Part shown: positions 16,842 through 26,269 of the stretch, piece by piece
How the letters are laid out: the number at the start of each line of letters is the position of its first letter
How positions within the stretch are numbered: position 1 is the first letter of the stretch
Origin: Candidatus Omnitrophota bacterium
GTDB lineage: Bacteria; Omnitrophota; Omnitrophia; Omnitrophales; JACROU01
Direction: 5' to 3'
NCBI GenBank assembly: GCA_016206875.1
Contig: JACQQR010000267.1
Coordinates: 1 to 38,807, forward strand
Length of the DNA stretch: 38,807 bases
The notes under the pieces: generated by a model
What the model was told of the DNA's origin: nothing
Databases searched by the model: none
What the model saw: only the letters and a program-made list of their open reading frames with translations
Made by a program: the position numbers and the translations under genes

Positions 16842-17712
16842 ATCCATCGCGCTGAAATCGAAAGCGCAAAAAAGAAAAGCCCAAAACCTGCCGGCACTCC
16901 TGGAAGAAACGCGGGAAGCGGCCGATTTTTTGAAGAAGAAAACAGGCGGATTCACGCCCCAAATCGGAATGATTTTAGGTACCGGCCTTGGGGCTTTGGC
17001 TGCTAAAATATCTTCGAAGCAGGAAATATCCTACCAGGAAATTCCTCATTTCGCTTCTTCCACGGTGAAATCTCATGCCGGAAAATTGGGTTTTGGCGAG
17101 CTTGCGGGAAAAAAGGTGATGGCCATGGAGGGCCGTTTTCATATGTACGAAGGATTTTCACTGGCGCAGGTGACATTTCCTGTTCGCGTGATGAAGGCTC
17201 TCGGCGTAAAAACACTCATTGTTTCGAACGCTTCCGGCGGGCTGAATCCACAATATCAAAAAGGCGACTTGGTGATTGTCACCGATCACATTAATTTTAC
17301 GGGATTCAATCCTTTGATCGGGCCGAATCACGAGAGCCTGGGCCCTCGTTTTCCCGATATGTCAGAACCTTATGCAAAACGGCTCATCGCGCTTACCGAG
17401 CAAGCGGCGCTTGATGAAAAACTTACCGTGCGTAAAGGGGTTTATATTGGCGTCACCGGACCCAATCTGGAAACCGCGGCGGAATATAGAATGATGCGTC
17501 TTTGGGGAGCCGATTTGGTGGGGATGTCCACAGTCAATGAAGTCATTGTGGCCCGTCATGCAGGGTTGGAAGTGCTCGGTCTGAGTGTTGTTACCGACAT
17601 GGGGCTTCCGGATGCGCTTCATCCTGTCCGTATCGAAGAGATTATTCAAATTGCGGAATCTCAAGGACCCAAGCTGGACAGACTGTTGGAAAGAGTTATC
17701 GGAAAAATGTAA
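16831..17712 (+). CDS. punA: Purine nucleoside phosphorylase (trimeric PNP/MTAP family)
   Basis: It has GMILGTGLG, HAGKL, EGRFHMYEG, SNASGGLN and GMSTVNE motifs. The exact start is uncertain because the N-terminal lead is unusually long. Confidence 0.85.
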   Translation: MSSKSIALKSKAQKRKAQNLPALLEETREAADFLKKKTGGFTPQIGMILGTGLGALAAKISSKQEISYQEIPHFASSTVKSHAGKLGFGELAGKKVMAMEGRFHMYEGFSLAQVTFPVRVMKALGVKTLIVSNASGGLNPQYQKGDLVIVTDHINFTGFNPLIGPNHESLGPRFPDMSEPYAKRLIALTEQAALDEKLTVRKGVYIGVTGPNLETAAEYRMMRLWGADLVGMSTVNEVIVARHAGLEVLGLSVVTDMGLPDALHPVRIEEIIQIAESQGPKLDRLLERVIGKM

Positions 17713-17791
17713 TCTAATGCCGTGTACCCATAATAATTAGATTGACGCGGTACTGGCCTTTCATAATTCTCCCCAAAACCACCTGAATCTT

Positions 17792-20632
17792 ATGGAACAA
17801 AGTTCAAAAAGCTATAAAAACACTGTGTTTTTGCCGAACACGCCTTTTCCCATGAAAGGTTCGCTTCCCGAGCGCGAACCCGCTTGGCTCAAAGAATGGG
17901 AAGCGCAAGGGCTTACGGCGGCACTTCGCAAAAAATCTGCGGGAAAGCCAAAATACGTTTTGCATGACGGCCCGCCTTACGCCAATGGAAATATCCATAT
18001 TGGCCACGCGCTCAATAAAGTGCTCAAGGATATCGTGGTGAAATATAAAACCATGAATGGTTTTGACGTTCCGTACATTCCCGGATGGGATTGCCATGGT
18101 CTGCCCATTGAGCACGCCTTGTTCAAAGAAATGGGCAAGCGCAAAGAGGAAGTGGAGCGGGGTTCATTCCGCCGTGAAGCGCGTGCCTATGCCGAGCGGT
18201 TTGTGGCGATTCAGCGAGAAGAATTTAAGCGCTTGGGGATTTTGGGCGATTGGGAACATCCCTATAAGACCATGGATTTTTCTTATCAGGCCGTGATTGC
18301 CGATAGTTTCTTAAAACTGTATGAGGCAGGTTACATTTATCGCGCCTTGAAACCCGTGCCCTGGTGTTTTGAATGTGAAACGGCTTTGGCCGATGCCGAG
18401 TTGGAATACCAGGACAAAACTTCGCAATCGATTTATGTGGCCTTTGAACTTTCGAAAGTCAGCGCTCGTAATTCAAAGCTGCTCGCGTGGGTTTCGGGCC
18501 GGCCTGTTTTTGTCGTGATTTGGACCACGACACCTTGGACACTTCCCGCCAATGTGGCGATGGCCTTTCATCCGGATTTGGTGTACTCCATTGTCTCCAG
18601 CGGGGAAAAAGTATTCGTATTGGCAAAAGATTTGGTTACTTCCTTGGCTCAAAAATTCGGCTGGACGGAAGTGAAGGAACTGGGGAGCCTCACGGGGAGT
18701 GAGTTGGCCGGCATTGAGGCACAAAGGCCGTTGGCGCCGGAAGCGATTTCCGTAGGCGTCACTGCCAGCTATGTTTCCAATGTCGACGGCAGCGGTATCG
18801 TGCACATTGCCCCGGGCCACGGGGAAGAAGATTTTGAGGTGGGCCGTAAATTTTCTTTGCCCGTTCTTTCTCCCGTTGATTCCAAAGGGCGCTTCACTCA
18901 GGAATTTGCGTTGCATCAAGGCTTGCATGTATTTAAAGCCAATAAAGAAATCGTCAGCCTATTAAAAGAAAAAGGCATGCTGTTGGCCGGCCAGGATCAT
19001 TCTCATTCCTATCCGCATTGCTGGCGCTGCAGGCAGCCGATTATCTTCCGTGCCACAAATCAATGGTTCTTGAAAGTGGATCACAAAGATTTGCGGAAAA
19101 AAACTTTAGAAACCATCGACTCAAATATCCAATTTACGCCCGCTTGGGGAAAAAATCGTATCGGCTCCATGATGGAATCGCGGCCCGATTGGTGCCTTTC
19201 GCGCCAACGATATTGGGGTGTTCCGATTCCCATGGTCACGTGCACGAATTGCCATGAAATTGTCTATACGCCGGATCAGCGCACAAAGGTGCGCGAAATC
19301 TTTGCGGCGAAAGGCGCAGACGCTTGGTTTGAAGAGCCTACGGGGAATTTTTTACCGGCTTGCACAACATGCAAATGCGCAAGCCCCAAGCTGGAAAAAG
19401 AGACAGACATTATCGACGTATGGTTTGATTCAGGGGTTTCCGCGCAGGCTGTGCTCAAAGGAAATCCGGGGCTGGCGTACCCTGCGGATTTATATTTAGA
19501 AGGCTCCGACCAACACCGAGGCTGGTTTCAGACTTCACTGATTGCAGGAACGGCCCTAGACGGGCATGCGCCATTTCGCGGAATTTTGACCCACGGCTTT
19601 GTGGTGGACGGCGAAGGAAAGAAAATGTCTAAGTCAGCGGGAAACGTGATTGCTCCTCAACAAGTTTTTTCGCAATTTGGGGCGGATGTGCTGCGGCTTT
19701 GGGTTTCTTCGTGCGATTATAGTGTGGACGTGCGGCTCTCCAAAGAAATTTTGGAGCGCATGGTGGAAGCGTATCGGCGCATTCGAAATACCTTCCGCTA
19801 TCTTCTCGGCAATTTGGCCGATTTTTCGCCGGCTTGTGACTGCTTAGCGCCTGAGGCAATGACTGAACTGGATCGTTGGGCGGTGGCTAAAACCATGCGT
19901 TTGCTCGAAGAGGTCACCGCCAGCTATGAGCATTTCCGGTTTCATGAAATTTACCGCCTGGTTCATAGCTTTGCGACTACATTCCTCAGCAATTTTTATC
20001 TGGATGTATTGAAAGACAGGCTCTATACCTTTGCGAGAAACGATGCAAAAAGAAGATCCTCTCAAACCGCGTTATTCTACATTTTGAGAATTCTGGTGAA
20101 AATTTTAGCTCCTATTTTGCCTTTTACCACGCATGAAGTTTGGAAAGCTTTTTCCGTCGATCCGGAAAACCTAACTGTGCACCAGTCTCATTGGCCTCGC
20201 TTCGAAAAAGAATGGGAAGAATCCGTTCCTGGGAAAGACTGGGAAGATTTGCTTGCCATTCGGGATTTGGCAAACGCAAAAATAGAAGAAAAGCGCGCCC
20301 AAGGGAAGCTAGGCAGTTCTTTGGAAGCAGCCCTGGAGATTTCAACTTCATCAGTACGGTTGCTTGAACTTCTCAAAAAACACCACGCAGATCTGAAAAC
20401 CATTTTTATCGTATCCGATATTTCCCTGGAAAGATCCTCTGAGGAGGCCGGCTCGGAGTCGGTGGTTTTGCCATCGGATGGCTCCAGTCATGCTCTTAGC
20501 CTCACTGTAGGGCGTGCTCAAGGCAGTAAATGTGAACGCTGTTGGAATTATTCGGCACGTGTAGGGAGTTTTCCCGAACACCCGACGCTTTGCCAACGGT
20601 GCATCGACATTGTCCGTGCTTTTAGGCCCTAA
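17792..20632 (+). CDS. ileS: Isoleucine--tRNA ligase (type 1, with C-terminal zinc finger)
   Basis: It has PPYANGNIHIGHALN (HIGH), KMSKS, a CP1 editing insertion and C-terminal CERCWNY...CQRC cysteine clusters. Confidence 0.95.
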   Translation: MEQSSKSYKNTVFLPNTPFPMKGSLPEREPAWLKEWEAQGLTAALRKKSAGKPKYVLHDGPPYANGNIHIGHALNKVLKDIVVKYKTMNGFDVPYIPGWDCHGLPIEHALFKEMGKRKEEVERGSFRREARAYAERFVAIQREEFKRLGILGDWEHPYKTMDFSYQAVIADSFLKLYEAGYIYRALKPVPWCFECETALADAELEYQDKTSQSIYVAFELSKVSARNSKLLAWVSGRPVFVVIWTTTPWTLPANVAMAFHPDLVYSIVSSGEKVFVLAKDLVTSLAQKFGWTEVKELGSLTGSELAGIEAQRPLAPEAISVGVTASYVSNVDGSGIVHIAPGHGEEDFEVGRKFSLPVLSPVDSKGRFTQEFALHQGLHVFKANKEIVSLLKEKGMLLAGQDHSHSYPHCWRCRQPIIFRATNQWFLKVDHKDLRKKTLETIDSNIQFTPAWGKNRIGSMMESRPDWCLSRQRYWGVPIPMVTCTNCHEIVYTPDQRTKVREIFAAKGADAWFEEPTGNFLPACTTCKCASPKLEKETDIIDVWFDSGVSAQAVLKGNPGLAYPADLYLEGSDQHRGWFQTSLIAGTALDGHAPFRGILTHGFVVDGEGKKMSKSAGNVIAPQQVFSQFGADVLRLWVSSCDYSVDVRLSKEILERMVEAYRRIRNTFRYLLGNLADFSPACDCLAPEAMTELDRWAVAKTMRLLEEVTASYEHFRFHEIYRLVHSFATTFLSNFYLDVLKDRLYTFARNDAKRRSSQTALFYILRILVKILAPILPFTTHEVWKAFSVDPENLTVHQSHWPRFEKEWEESVPGKDWEDLLAIRDLANAKIEEKRAQGKLGSSLEAALEISTSSVRLLELLKKHHADLKTIFIVSDISLERSSEEAGSESVVLPSDGSSHALSLTVGRAQGSKCERCWNYSARVGSFPEHPTLCQRCIDIVRAFRP

Positions 20633-20643
20633 TACGGCATAAC

Positions 20644-20717
20644 AATTGAAAATGGGCGTAGCCCACCCACAAACCGTATAGTACCGCATTCCCAAAATCA
20701 AATGTTTTGCGGTACTA
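20644..20717. repeat. Copy B of the two-copy ~75-nt double-hairpin intergenic element
   Basis: It shares with 255-330 the block AATTGAAAATGGGCGTAGCCCA, then ..AAAC..TAGTACCGC.., then AAATGTTTTGCGGTACTA, in the same orientation. It starts 12 nt after the ileS stop. Confidence 0.6.
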
Positions 20718-20771
20718 AATGGGCTTTCACTTCTAATTGGCGCTACAGGAAACTTTCGAAGTGCCGTTACA

Positions 20772-20800
20772 TTGACAACGTGATGGCAGTCAGTTATCCT
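20772..20800 (+). promoter_or_regulatory. Candidate sigma70-type promoter for the histidine kinase operon
   Basis: TTGACA (20772-20777), a 17-nt spacer, then TATCCT (20795-20800). It lies ~65 nt upstream of the ATG at 20867. Confidence 0.3.
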
Positions 20801-20866
20801 TCTGGTTGCATAATCCAAAAACAAAGAAGAAGCAATTGGCCCCGCTGGTTTGGCAAAGAGAGGTCT

Positions 20867-22453
20867 ATGCTCTATCTGAGAAAACGCAAAATTGCGCTGA
20901 AAAAAGGGATGATGCTCGCCGGTTTTTTTGCCGTAGCCGTGGCCGCGCTTGAGATTAAAGACGTCATTACTTTTTTTCTGCCGCTTAAATTTTTAACTTC
21001 CCGAATTTTTGACATCGCCCTCGTTATCCTAACTTGCTTAATCTCTTATAAACCCTTAGAGCAACTTATTCATTACTTATTTCGCGAATGGTTATTTAAA
21101 AAGGGCGTCGGTTATCAAGTGCAATTGTTTCATTCGGCCGGCCATTTGATTTCCTGCCTGGATTTGAGAGAATTTTCAAATTTGGTGGTCAATACATTTT
21201 GTGATTTGCTGCACGTGAAGTATGTAGCGTTCTTGATTTTGGATTCTGCCCGCAAAGAATTTGTGCCCGGCACCCTAACCGGATTTCATTTCCGCGAAAT
21301 TCGAAATATTCAATTAGGGGTGAATTCCCCCTTAATTGAATATGTGCGCGGGATGGAGCGTCCTATTCTGCGTTACGATGCGCTCAAAGTGCTCAGTTGG
21401 ACGGATGCCTCCAAATTGAGCACAGATTTTGAATTGCTGAGAGCCCAGGCCGTGATTCCCGTGTACGGCGATCACCCAAAACGGGAATTATTGGGCATCA
21501 TTACGTTAAGTTCCAAGCCGACACATTTGGCGTATTTGCCTCATGAATTAAAATTATTTCATGATTTTTCCAATAAAATCGGCCAGGCGCTCGAAAACGC
21601 AATTCGTTACAATGAAATAAAATTCCACTATGAAGAGTTAAAAGATTTTCAATCCCGCCTGGTTCAGGTGAACAAATTCTCCGCGATTGAGCAGTTGGCT
21701 ACGGGGATTGCCCACGAAATACACAATCCGCTCACCATCATTTCCGGAAAAGCGCAAATGCTGCTTCTCAATAAGGATAAAAATCTTCTTACGTCCAAAG
21801 CCGAAGAAGATTTAAAATTAATTGTCCAGCAAACCAGCCGCGCGGCCGAGATCACACGCAAGCTCTTGATGTTCTCCAAGCCAAGCCCAGAACGTAAGGA
21901 AACGCTTTCTTTCAAGAATATTATTGATGATACATTCTCGTTAATCTCCTACCAAACTTCCATCGAGCACATTGAAATTATTAAAGAGCTTGATCCAAAA
22001 ATTCCCGAGTTTAAAGGGTATGTTGAGGAATTCCGGGAAATCTTTTTGAACTTATTTTTGAACGCGATCCAGTCGGTGGATAAATTCGGCACGGTGCGTG
22101 TTTTGGTTCAATATATGGAAGGCACCCAATGTCTGAATATTCAAGTGGAGGACTCGGGCTGCGGCATCAAGGAAGAGCATTTAGCCAACGTATTTGACCC
22201 ATTTTTTACGACCAAGCAAAATAGCCTGGGATTAGGCCTGTTTGTCACACAAAGAATCATTCAAAGAAATGGAGGTTCCATTCACATTGAAAGTGAGCCT
22301 ACACAAGGGACGCGGGTATCCTTTACTTTGCCCATGCTTTTAGGCAGTGAATTGCCTACGGGTGAGGGGGTGCTGTTAGGCGAGGAAGCAAAAGAGAAGG
22401 TCACTCTTGGCGGGGAAATGGCTTCTAGCCGCCGGCCAGGCAAGGAGGTTTAA
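20867..22453 (+). CDS. Sensor histidine kinase (two TM helices, GAF-like domain, HisKA, HATPase_c)
   Basis: It has the H-box GIAHEIHNPLTII, N-box FLNLFLNAIQS, a G1 box DSGCGI and a G2 box GLGLFV. The N-terminal hydrophobic helices are MMLAGFFAVAVAAL and IFDIALVILTCLI. I chose the ATG at 20867 over the track start at 20702, which runs into the repeat element. Confidence 0.88.
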   Translation: MLYLRKRKIALKKGMMLAGFFAVAVAALEIKDVITFFLPLKFLTSRIFDIALVILTCLISYKPLEQLIHYLFREWLFKKGVGYQVQLFHSAGHLISCLDLREFSNLVVNTFCDLLHVKYVAFLILDSARKEFVPGTLTGFHFREIRNIQLGVNSPLIEYVRGMERPILRYDALKVLSWTDASKLSTDFELLRAQAVIPVYGDHPKRELLGIITLSSKPTHLAYLPHELKLFHDFSNKIGQALENAIRYNEIKFHYEELKDFQSRLVQVNKFSAIEQLATGIAHEIHNPLTIISGKAQMLLLNKDKNLLTSKAEEDLKLIVQQTSRAAEITRKLLMFSKPSPERKETLSFKNIIDDTFSLISYQTSIEHIEIIKELDPKIPEFKGYVEEFREIFLNLFLNAIQSVDKFGTVRVLVQYMEGTQCLNIQVEDSGCGIKEEHLANVFDPFFTTKQNSLGLGLFVTQRIIQRNGGSIHIESEPTQGTRVSFTLPMLLGSELPTGEGVLLGEEAKEKVTLGGEMASSRRPGKEV

Positions 22454-22456
22454 GAC

Positions 22457-22822
22457 GTGGTAAAGTTACTGGTAGTGGACGATGAGCAGGAGATATGCGA
22501 TTTTTTGAGGGAGTTCTTTGAGGAAAAAAATTTTAAAGTAAGAACGGCTCTTTCCGGAGAAGAGGCTTTGCGGTATGTGGCGGAAGAGCAACCGGATGTT
22601 TGCCTTTTAGATATTAAAATGCCGGGAGAAGACGGACTTGAAGTACTCAGAAAAATTAAAAGGAAATATCCGGCCGTGAAAGTGATTATGGTTACAGCCC
22701 TTGAGGCGGCCGAAAAAATGGAAGAGGCAGCGCGGATGGGAGCGGATAATTATATTATCAAGCCTCTCAGCCTGGAGTATTTAGAAAATGACGTGTACAA
22801 AAAAATATCCGGAAGTTCGTAG
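22457..22822 (+). CDS. Stand-alone response regulator receiver (CheY-like)
   Basis: It has LLVVDDE, LLDIKMPGEDGLEVL, IMVTA and IIKP, with no output domain. The GTG start sits 7 nt after AGGAGG. Confidence 0.9.
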   Translation: MVKLLVVDDEQEICDFLREFFEEKNFKVRTALSGEEALRYVAEEQPDVCLLDIKMPGEDGLEVLRKIKRKYPAVKVIMVTALEAAEKMEEAARMGADNYIIKPLSLEYLENDVYKKISGSS

Positions 22823-22831
22823 AAAGGTTCT

Positions 22832-24094
22832 TTGCATACGAAAATGAATTACCAGGAAGTGTTAAAAAACGCCGCTCGAAGCATGGTGCGATTCAAAAAT
22901 CCGCATCATTTACTTCGCATGATTGCTCGTTTCATCGCCAAAGAAGTTCATCTCACTCATGCCAGCATCCTGCTCCATGATTCCGTTAGAAACCGCTACA
23001 TTTTTATTGATTCCAAGGGAGAGTTGAAAATTCCCGTCCGTTTGATTCGTGTGGATGCGGATCATCCGCTGATTCGCTGTCTCCAGGGAAAATGTGAAGT
23101 CCGTATACTGAAAAAAGATGTGCTTTCCTTAAGACATTTGGATGACATTTTGAATCATTTCCATACCAGCCCGGTTTCAAAACTTGAAGTTCAAAAAATC
23201 ATCGATTTGATGAAGGCGCTCAAGGCCTCACTTTGCGTTCCCAGCATTTACCGGGGAGAGCTGCTTGGGGTGCTTATTTTAGGCACAAAACGTTCGGGAG
23301 GGGATTTCACCGATGAAGAAATTTCCCATTTTCAAACTTTGGCCCATGATGCAGCGATGACGATCAAGACGGCTGCCTATCAGATGGAGCTTCTGGAACG
23401 GAATAAGCAGCTAGAAGAGCAGGTAACTGAAATTACCCGTTTACGAAAAAAAGAGCAGGAAACCTATTATCAAATTATGCTTTCCTTGGCTGAAGAAGTG
23501 CGGGAAAAGGATGATAGCACCTTTGGGCATTTGGCGGCTGTGGAAAAACTGGGAGTAATGACGGCTGAAGAAATGGGGATGGATTTAAACGGAAAAAAAC
23601 GGGACGTTTTGATTGCGGGTCTCAGGCTTCATGACATTGGGAAAATCGGAATTCCTGACGCCATCTTGAAAAAAGAAGACAGTCTGAATCAAGAAGAATG
23701 GGTGATTATGAAACAACATGCCGCAAAAGGCGCCAAAATTTTAGCGCCGCTGGCCGATTTTAAAGAGGTGGCTGAAATCGTTCATTGCCATCATGAGTTT
23801 TATGATGGGAAAGGCTATCCGCGGGGTTTAAAAGGGGACCAGATTCCCATTGAATCCGCCATCATTTCAGTGGTCGACGCGTTCCATGCCATGGTTTCGG
23901 AGCGCTGCTATAAAAAAGGATATCCTTTGGAATTTGCCATTCATGAACTGGAGTCCAACTCGGGCAGGCAATTCCATCCTAAGGTAGTGGAAGCTTTTAT
24001 GTCTGTTCTCAAGACGAAGATGCTCGGCTATTATGAAGCCAGAATGCATGAAATCCATGGAAACAACGCAATCCACGAGCGCAAAGCAAGTTGA
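22832..24094 (+). CDS. GAF domain / HD-GYP domain protein (putative c-di-GMP phosphodiesterase)
   Basis: The C-terminal part has HLAAVEKLG, RLHDIGKIGIPD and HHEFYDGKGYPRGL, the HD and GYP signatures. The N-terminal ~190 aa are GAF-like. An alternative ATG start lies at 22844. Confidence 0.88.
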   Translation: MHTKMNYQEVLKNAARSMVRFKNPHHLLRMIARFIAKEVHLTHASILLHDSVRNRYIFIDSKGELKIPVRLIRVDADHPLIRCLQGKCEVRILKKDVLSLRHLDDILNHFHTSPVSKLEVQKIIDLMKALKASLCVPSIYRGELLGVLILGTKRSGGDFTDEEISHFQTLAHDAAMTIKTAAYQMELLERNKQLEEQVTEITRLRKKEQETYYQIMLSLAEEVREKDDSTFGHLAAVEKLGVMTAEEMGMDLNGKKRDVLIAGLRLHDIGKIGIPDAILKKEDSLNQEEWVIMKQHAAKGAKILAPLADFKEVAEIVHCHHEFYDGKGYPRGLKGDQIPIESAIISVVDAFHAMVSERCYKKGYPLEFAIHELESNSGRQFHPKVVEAFMSVLKTKMLGYYEARMHEIHGNNAIHERKAS

Positions 24095-24172
24095 AACTGA
24101 AACTTCCTATGTGTAGACATTCCCATTGAAAGAACCTCAACTGAATCAAGCAAAAGGGATTTGCTTGCCGGC

Positions 24173-25456
24173 ATGAGAATCGTCGCAATAGCCAATCAAA
24201 AAGGCGGATGCGGTAAAACAACCACGGCCATTAATGTATCAGCCGCTTTGGCCATCCTCGGTAAAAAAACGCTTTTGGTGGACTTAGATCCTCAAGGGCA
24301 TTCCACGCTGGGCTTGGGGTTCCGGTTAGAAAGTTTCGAAAAAAACCTTTATGATGTGCTCAGCCCCAATGCCGATCAAATTTCGCTTGAAGAAGTGATT
24401 CAACGGATTCATCCCAATCATCATTTAGTGCCTTCCTGCATTATCTTGAGCGCCATTGAGCAGCAACTGGCCGGTGTGTACGGAAGGGAAGAAAAATTGA
24501 TGGAAAAATTAAAGCCCGTTGAGATGTTGTATGATTATGTCATCATAGATTGTCCGCCCAATTTAGGGCTATTGACTTTTAATGCGCTTCGCGCGGCCGA
24601 GGAGCTGGTGATTCCCGTTGAGCCGTCTTTTTTTTCTGTTCATGGGTTAAAAAAGATTCAAGAAACAGTGGCCTTGTTGGAAGAAACACTCAGGCACCGC
24701 CTTGCGGTACGCGCGCTGCTTACGCTTTTCAATGAGCGATCGAACTTCAATCGAAAGATTCTCGCTCAAATGAAAGAATTATTTCATGACCAAATGCTTC
24801 ATACCGTAATTCATCAAAATATAAAACTTCGTGAAGCGGCCGAGGCGGGCAAATCCATCTGTGATTTTGACACACAATGTTCTGGTTTCCGTGATTATAC
24901 AAACTTGGCTTTAGAGCTCATGAGCCGCCCCGGCGGGAATCCGGATGTTTCAGCCGGGGAGTTCAAAGAACCCTCCTGCGAGTTGAATCAACAAATAGTT
25001 ACGGTCAGCGAAGAAATCAAAGGGCAAATAGCGGATAGTTTTCATCGCGTGCCTGTCCAGGGCGAAACAGGGTCAGAAAGGCCGTCTGAAGTGATTCCGG
25101 TCAAGCCTCAAAAATCCGAGTGGCCCGGCCCTAAGTATCCGGTTTTGCTTAAAGAGGGAGTTATTTTCGGATTATTTCATCTGGAAGCGAAAAAGATTCA
25201 GATAGCCGGTGATTTCAACAATTGGGTGAATGAGCCGTTACAGCTGGCCAACGAAGAACCGGGACGCTGGATTAAATATTTTTCTTTAAGCCCGGGACGC
25301 TATCGGTATAAATTTATTGTGGACGGGGAGTGGACATTGGACCTGGAAAATCCGCTGACAGAACCTAATCCCTACGGGGGAACGGATTCGGTCATTGTGG
25401 TGGGCACCTCCCATAAAGAGATACCTAATGAACGAAGCTCAAAAAATCAAGCATGA
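24173..25456 (+). CDS. ParA/MinD-family ATPase fused to a C-terminal AMPK-beta-like glycogen-binding (CBM48 / E-set) domain
   Basis: The N-terminus has the deviant Walker A MRIVAIANQKGGCGKTTT, then DLDPQG and IIDCPPNLG. A ~70-aa low-complexity linker follows. The C-terminus KIQIAGDFNNWVNEPLQL...GRYRYKFIVDGEWTLDLENP...GGTDSVIVV aligns by eye with the AMPK beta GBD (SFNNW...YKFFVDGQW..D...P). Confidence 0.85.
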   Translation: MRIVAIANQKGGCGKTTTAINVSAALAILGKKTLLVDLDPQGHSTLGLGFRLESFEKNLYDVLSPNADQISLEEVIQRIHPNHHLVPSCIILSAIEQQLAGVYGREEKLMEKLKPVEMLYDYVIIDCPPNLGLLTFNALRAAEELVIPVEPSFFSVHGLKKIQETVALLEETLRHRLAVRALLTLFNERSNFNRKILAQMKELFHDQMLHTVIHQNIKLREAAEAGKSICDFDTQCSGFRDYTNLALELMSRPGGNPDVSAGEFKEPSCELNQQIVTVSEEIKGQIADSFHRVPVQGETGSERPSEVIPVKPQKSEWPGPKYPVLLKEGVIFGLFHLEAKKIQIAGDFNNWVNEPLQLANEEPGRWIKYFSLSPGRYRYKFIVDGEWTLDLENPLTEPNPYGGTDSVIVVGTSHKEIPNERSSKNQA

Positions 25457-26267
25457 GCTGAAAGATGTTGTGAGTGTTTTTTTATCCAAATCCGGTCCGA
25501 CTGAAACCAAAACGGATTCCCGCACTCAAGCGCTTCAAATGGAAACACAGATTCTGTCTTTTTGTTCGCCTTTTCACGAGGAAATAACTTTTGCATGCAA
25601 TGCATTATTCCCCGCCTCCCAGGCAGTTGCAAAAAAAATGCCGGAGCGCTACTTCATTACAGAAACGCTGAATCCCTCCGCCTTCCGGTTCTTGAATCGC
25701 TTGTATCCATCTCTGGCTCACGAAAAGCCCAAAAATGAGATGGCCCCCGGATATTTTTGGATTCAGCAGCCGGCCTCGTTTTTATTTGAAGAATCAAAAA
25801 ATATTTCCGGCGCTCCTATCCAAGGAACCCGTCCCGTACTCATTTGTTTGGATTTTGTGCAAGGCAACCGGATTGGATTTGAACCCTTCATTAAGGTGCT
25901 CGATCAACTGGTGTTGGTTCTGTCTCCTTCTATCGAAGATTTGGTGAATGCGTACAAGGTCATTAAGACTTGTTATTATTTGAACCGGCAAATCGATATT
26001 TTCATGATTTTCAACGCGTCTATGACTCCCCATCAAGTGGAGGTTTTATTCACTCGATTTTCACAAATTGTGGGGGAGTTTCTGGTGCTGTCCATCCGCT
26101 GTTTAGGGGCGGCGAAATTGGATTTGAAGCCGGAAACATTCGACCGCTCGGTTTTTTCCCAGATGAATTTTGATCCCCTATTTTCCGGAAATAGTTTAAA
26201 ACAAAAGCAAAAAGGTTATTCATTGGAAAGAATAAAATTTCTTCAAAAAATTAAGGAAATCATTTAG
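25428..26267 (+). CDS. Hypothetical protein with a degenerate (Walker A-less) MinD/FlhG/ParA-like fold
   Basis: VLICLDFVQGNRIGFEPFIKVLDQLVLVLSPSIEDLVNAYKVIKTCYYL and IDIFMIFNASMTPHQVEVLFTRFSQIVGEFL align by eye with the Walker B to switch II and downstream region of MinD/FlhG. SFCSPFHEE replaces the GKGGxGKT position. It overlaps the ParA-CBM48 gene by 29 nt. Confidence 0.5.
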   Translation: MNEAQKIKHELKDVVSVFLSKSGPTETKTDSRTQALQMETQILSFCSPFHEEITFACNALFPASQAVAKKMPERYFITETLNPSAFRFLNRLYPSLAHEKPKNEMAPGYFWIQQPASFLFEESKNISGAPIQGTRPVLICLDFVQGNRIGFEPFIKVLDQLVLVLSPSIEDLVNAYKVIKTCYYLNRQIDIFMIFNASMTPHQVEVLFTRFSQIVGEFLVLSIRCLGAAKLDLKPETFDRSVFSQMNFDPLFSGNSLKQKQKGYSLERIKFLQKIKEII

Positions 26268-26269
26268 GC

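Noticed and set aside
17711-17743. The AT-rich hairpin AATCTAAT...ATTAGATT after the PNP gene as a terminator
   Set aside because: The stem is only 8 bp, almost all A-T, with a 17-nt loop and no T-run. It is probably not stable enough, so I left it unannotated.
255-20717. The direct repeats at 255-330 and 20644-20717 as att sites bounding a 20-kb genomic island
   Set aside because: The enclosed genes are core housekeeping (three aaRS genes, rpsA, scpAB, aromatic biosynthesis, proC). No integrase, tRNA or mobility gene lies at either boundary, and I see no obvious compositional break.
24147-24167. The hairpin CAAGCAAA-AGGGA-TTTGCTTG just upstream of the ParA-CBM48 start as a translational riboswitch or thermosensor
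   Set aside because: The stem is only 8 bp and AT-rich, and the SD-like AGGGA sits in the loop, exposed and not sequestered. I see no supporting conservation. It is too weak to call.
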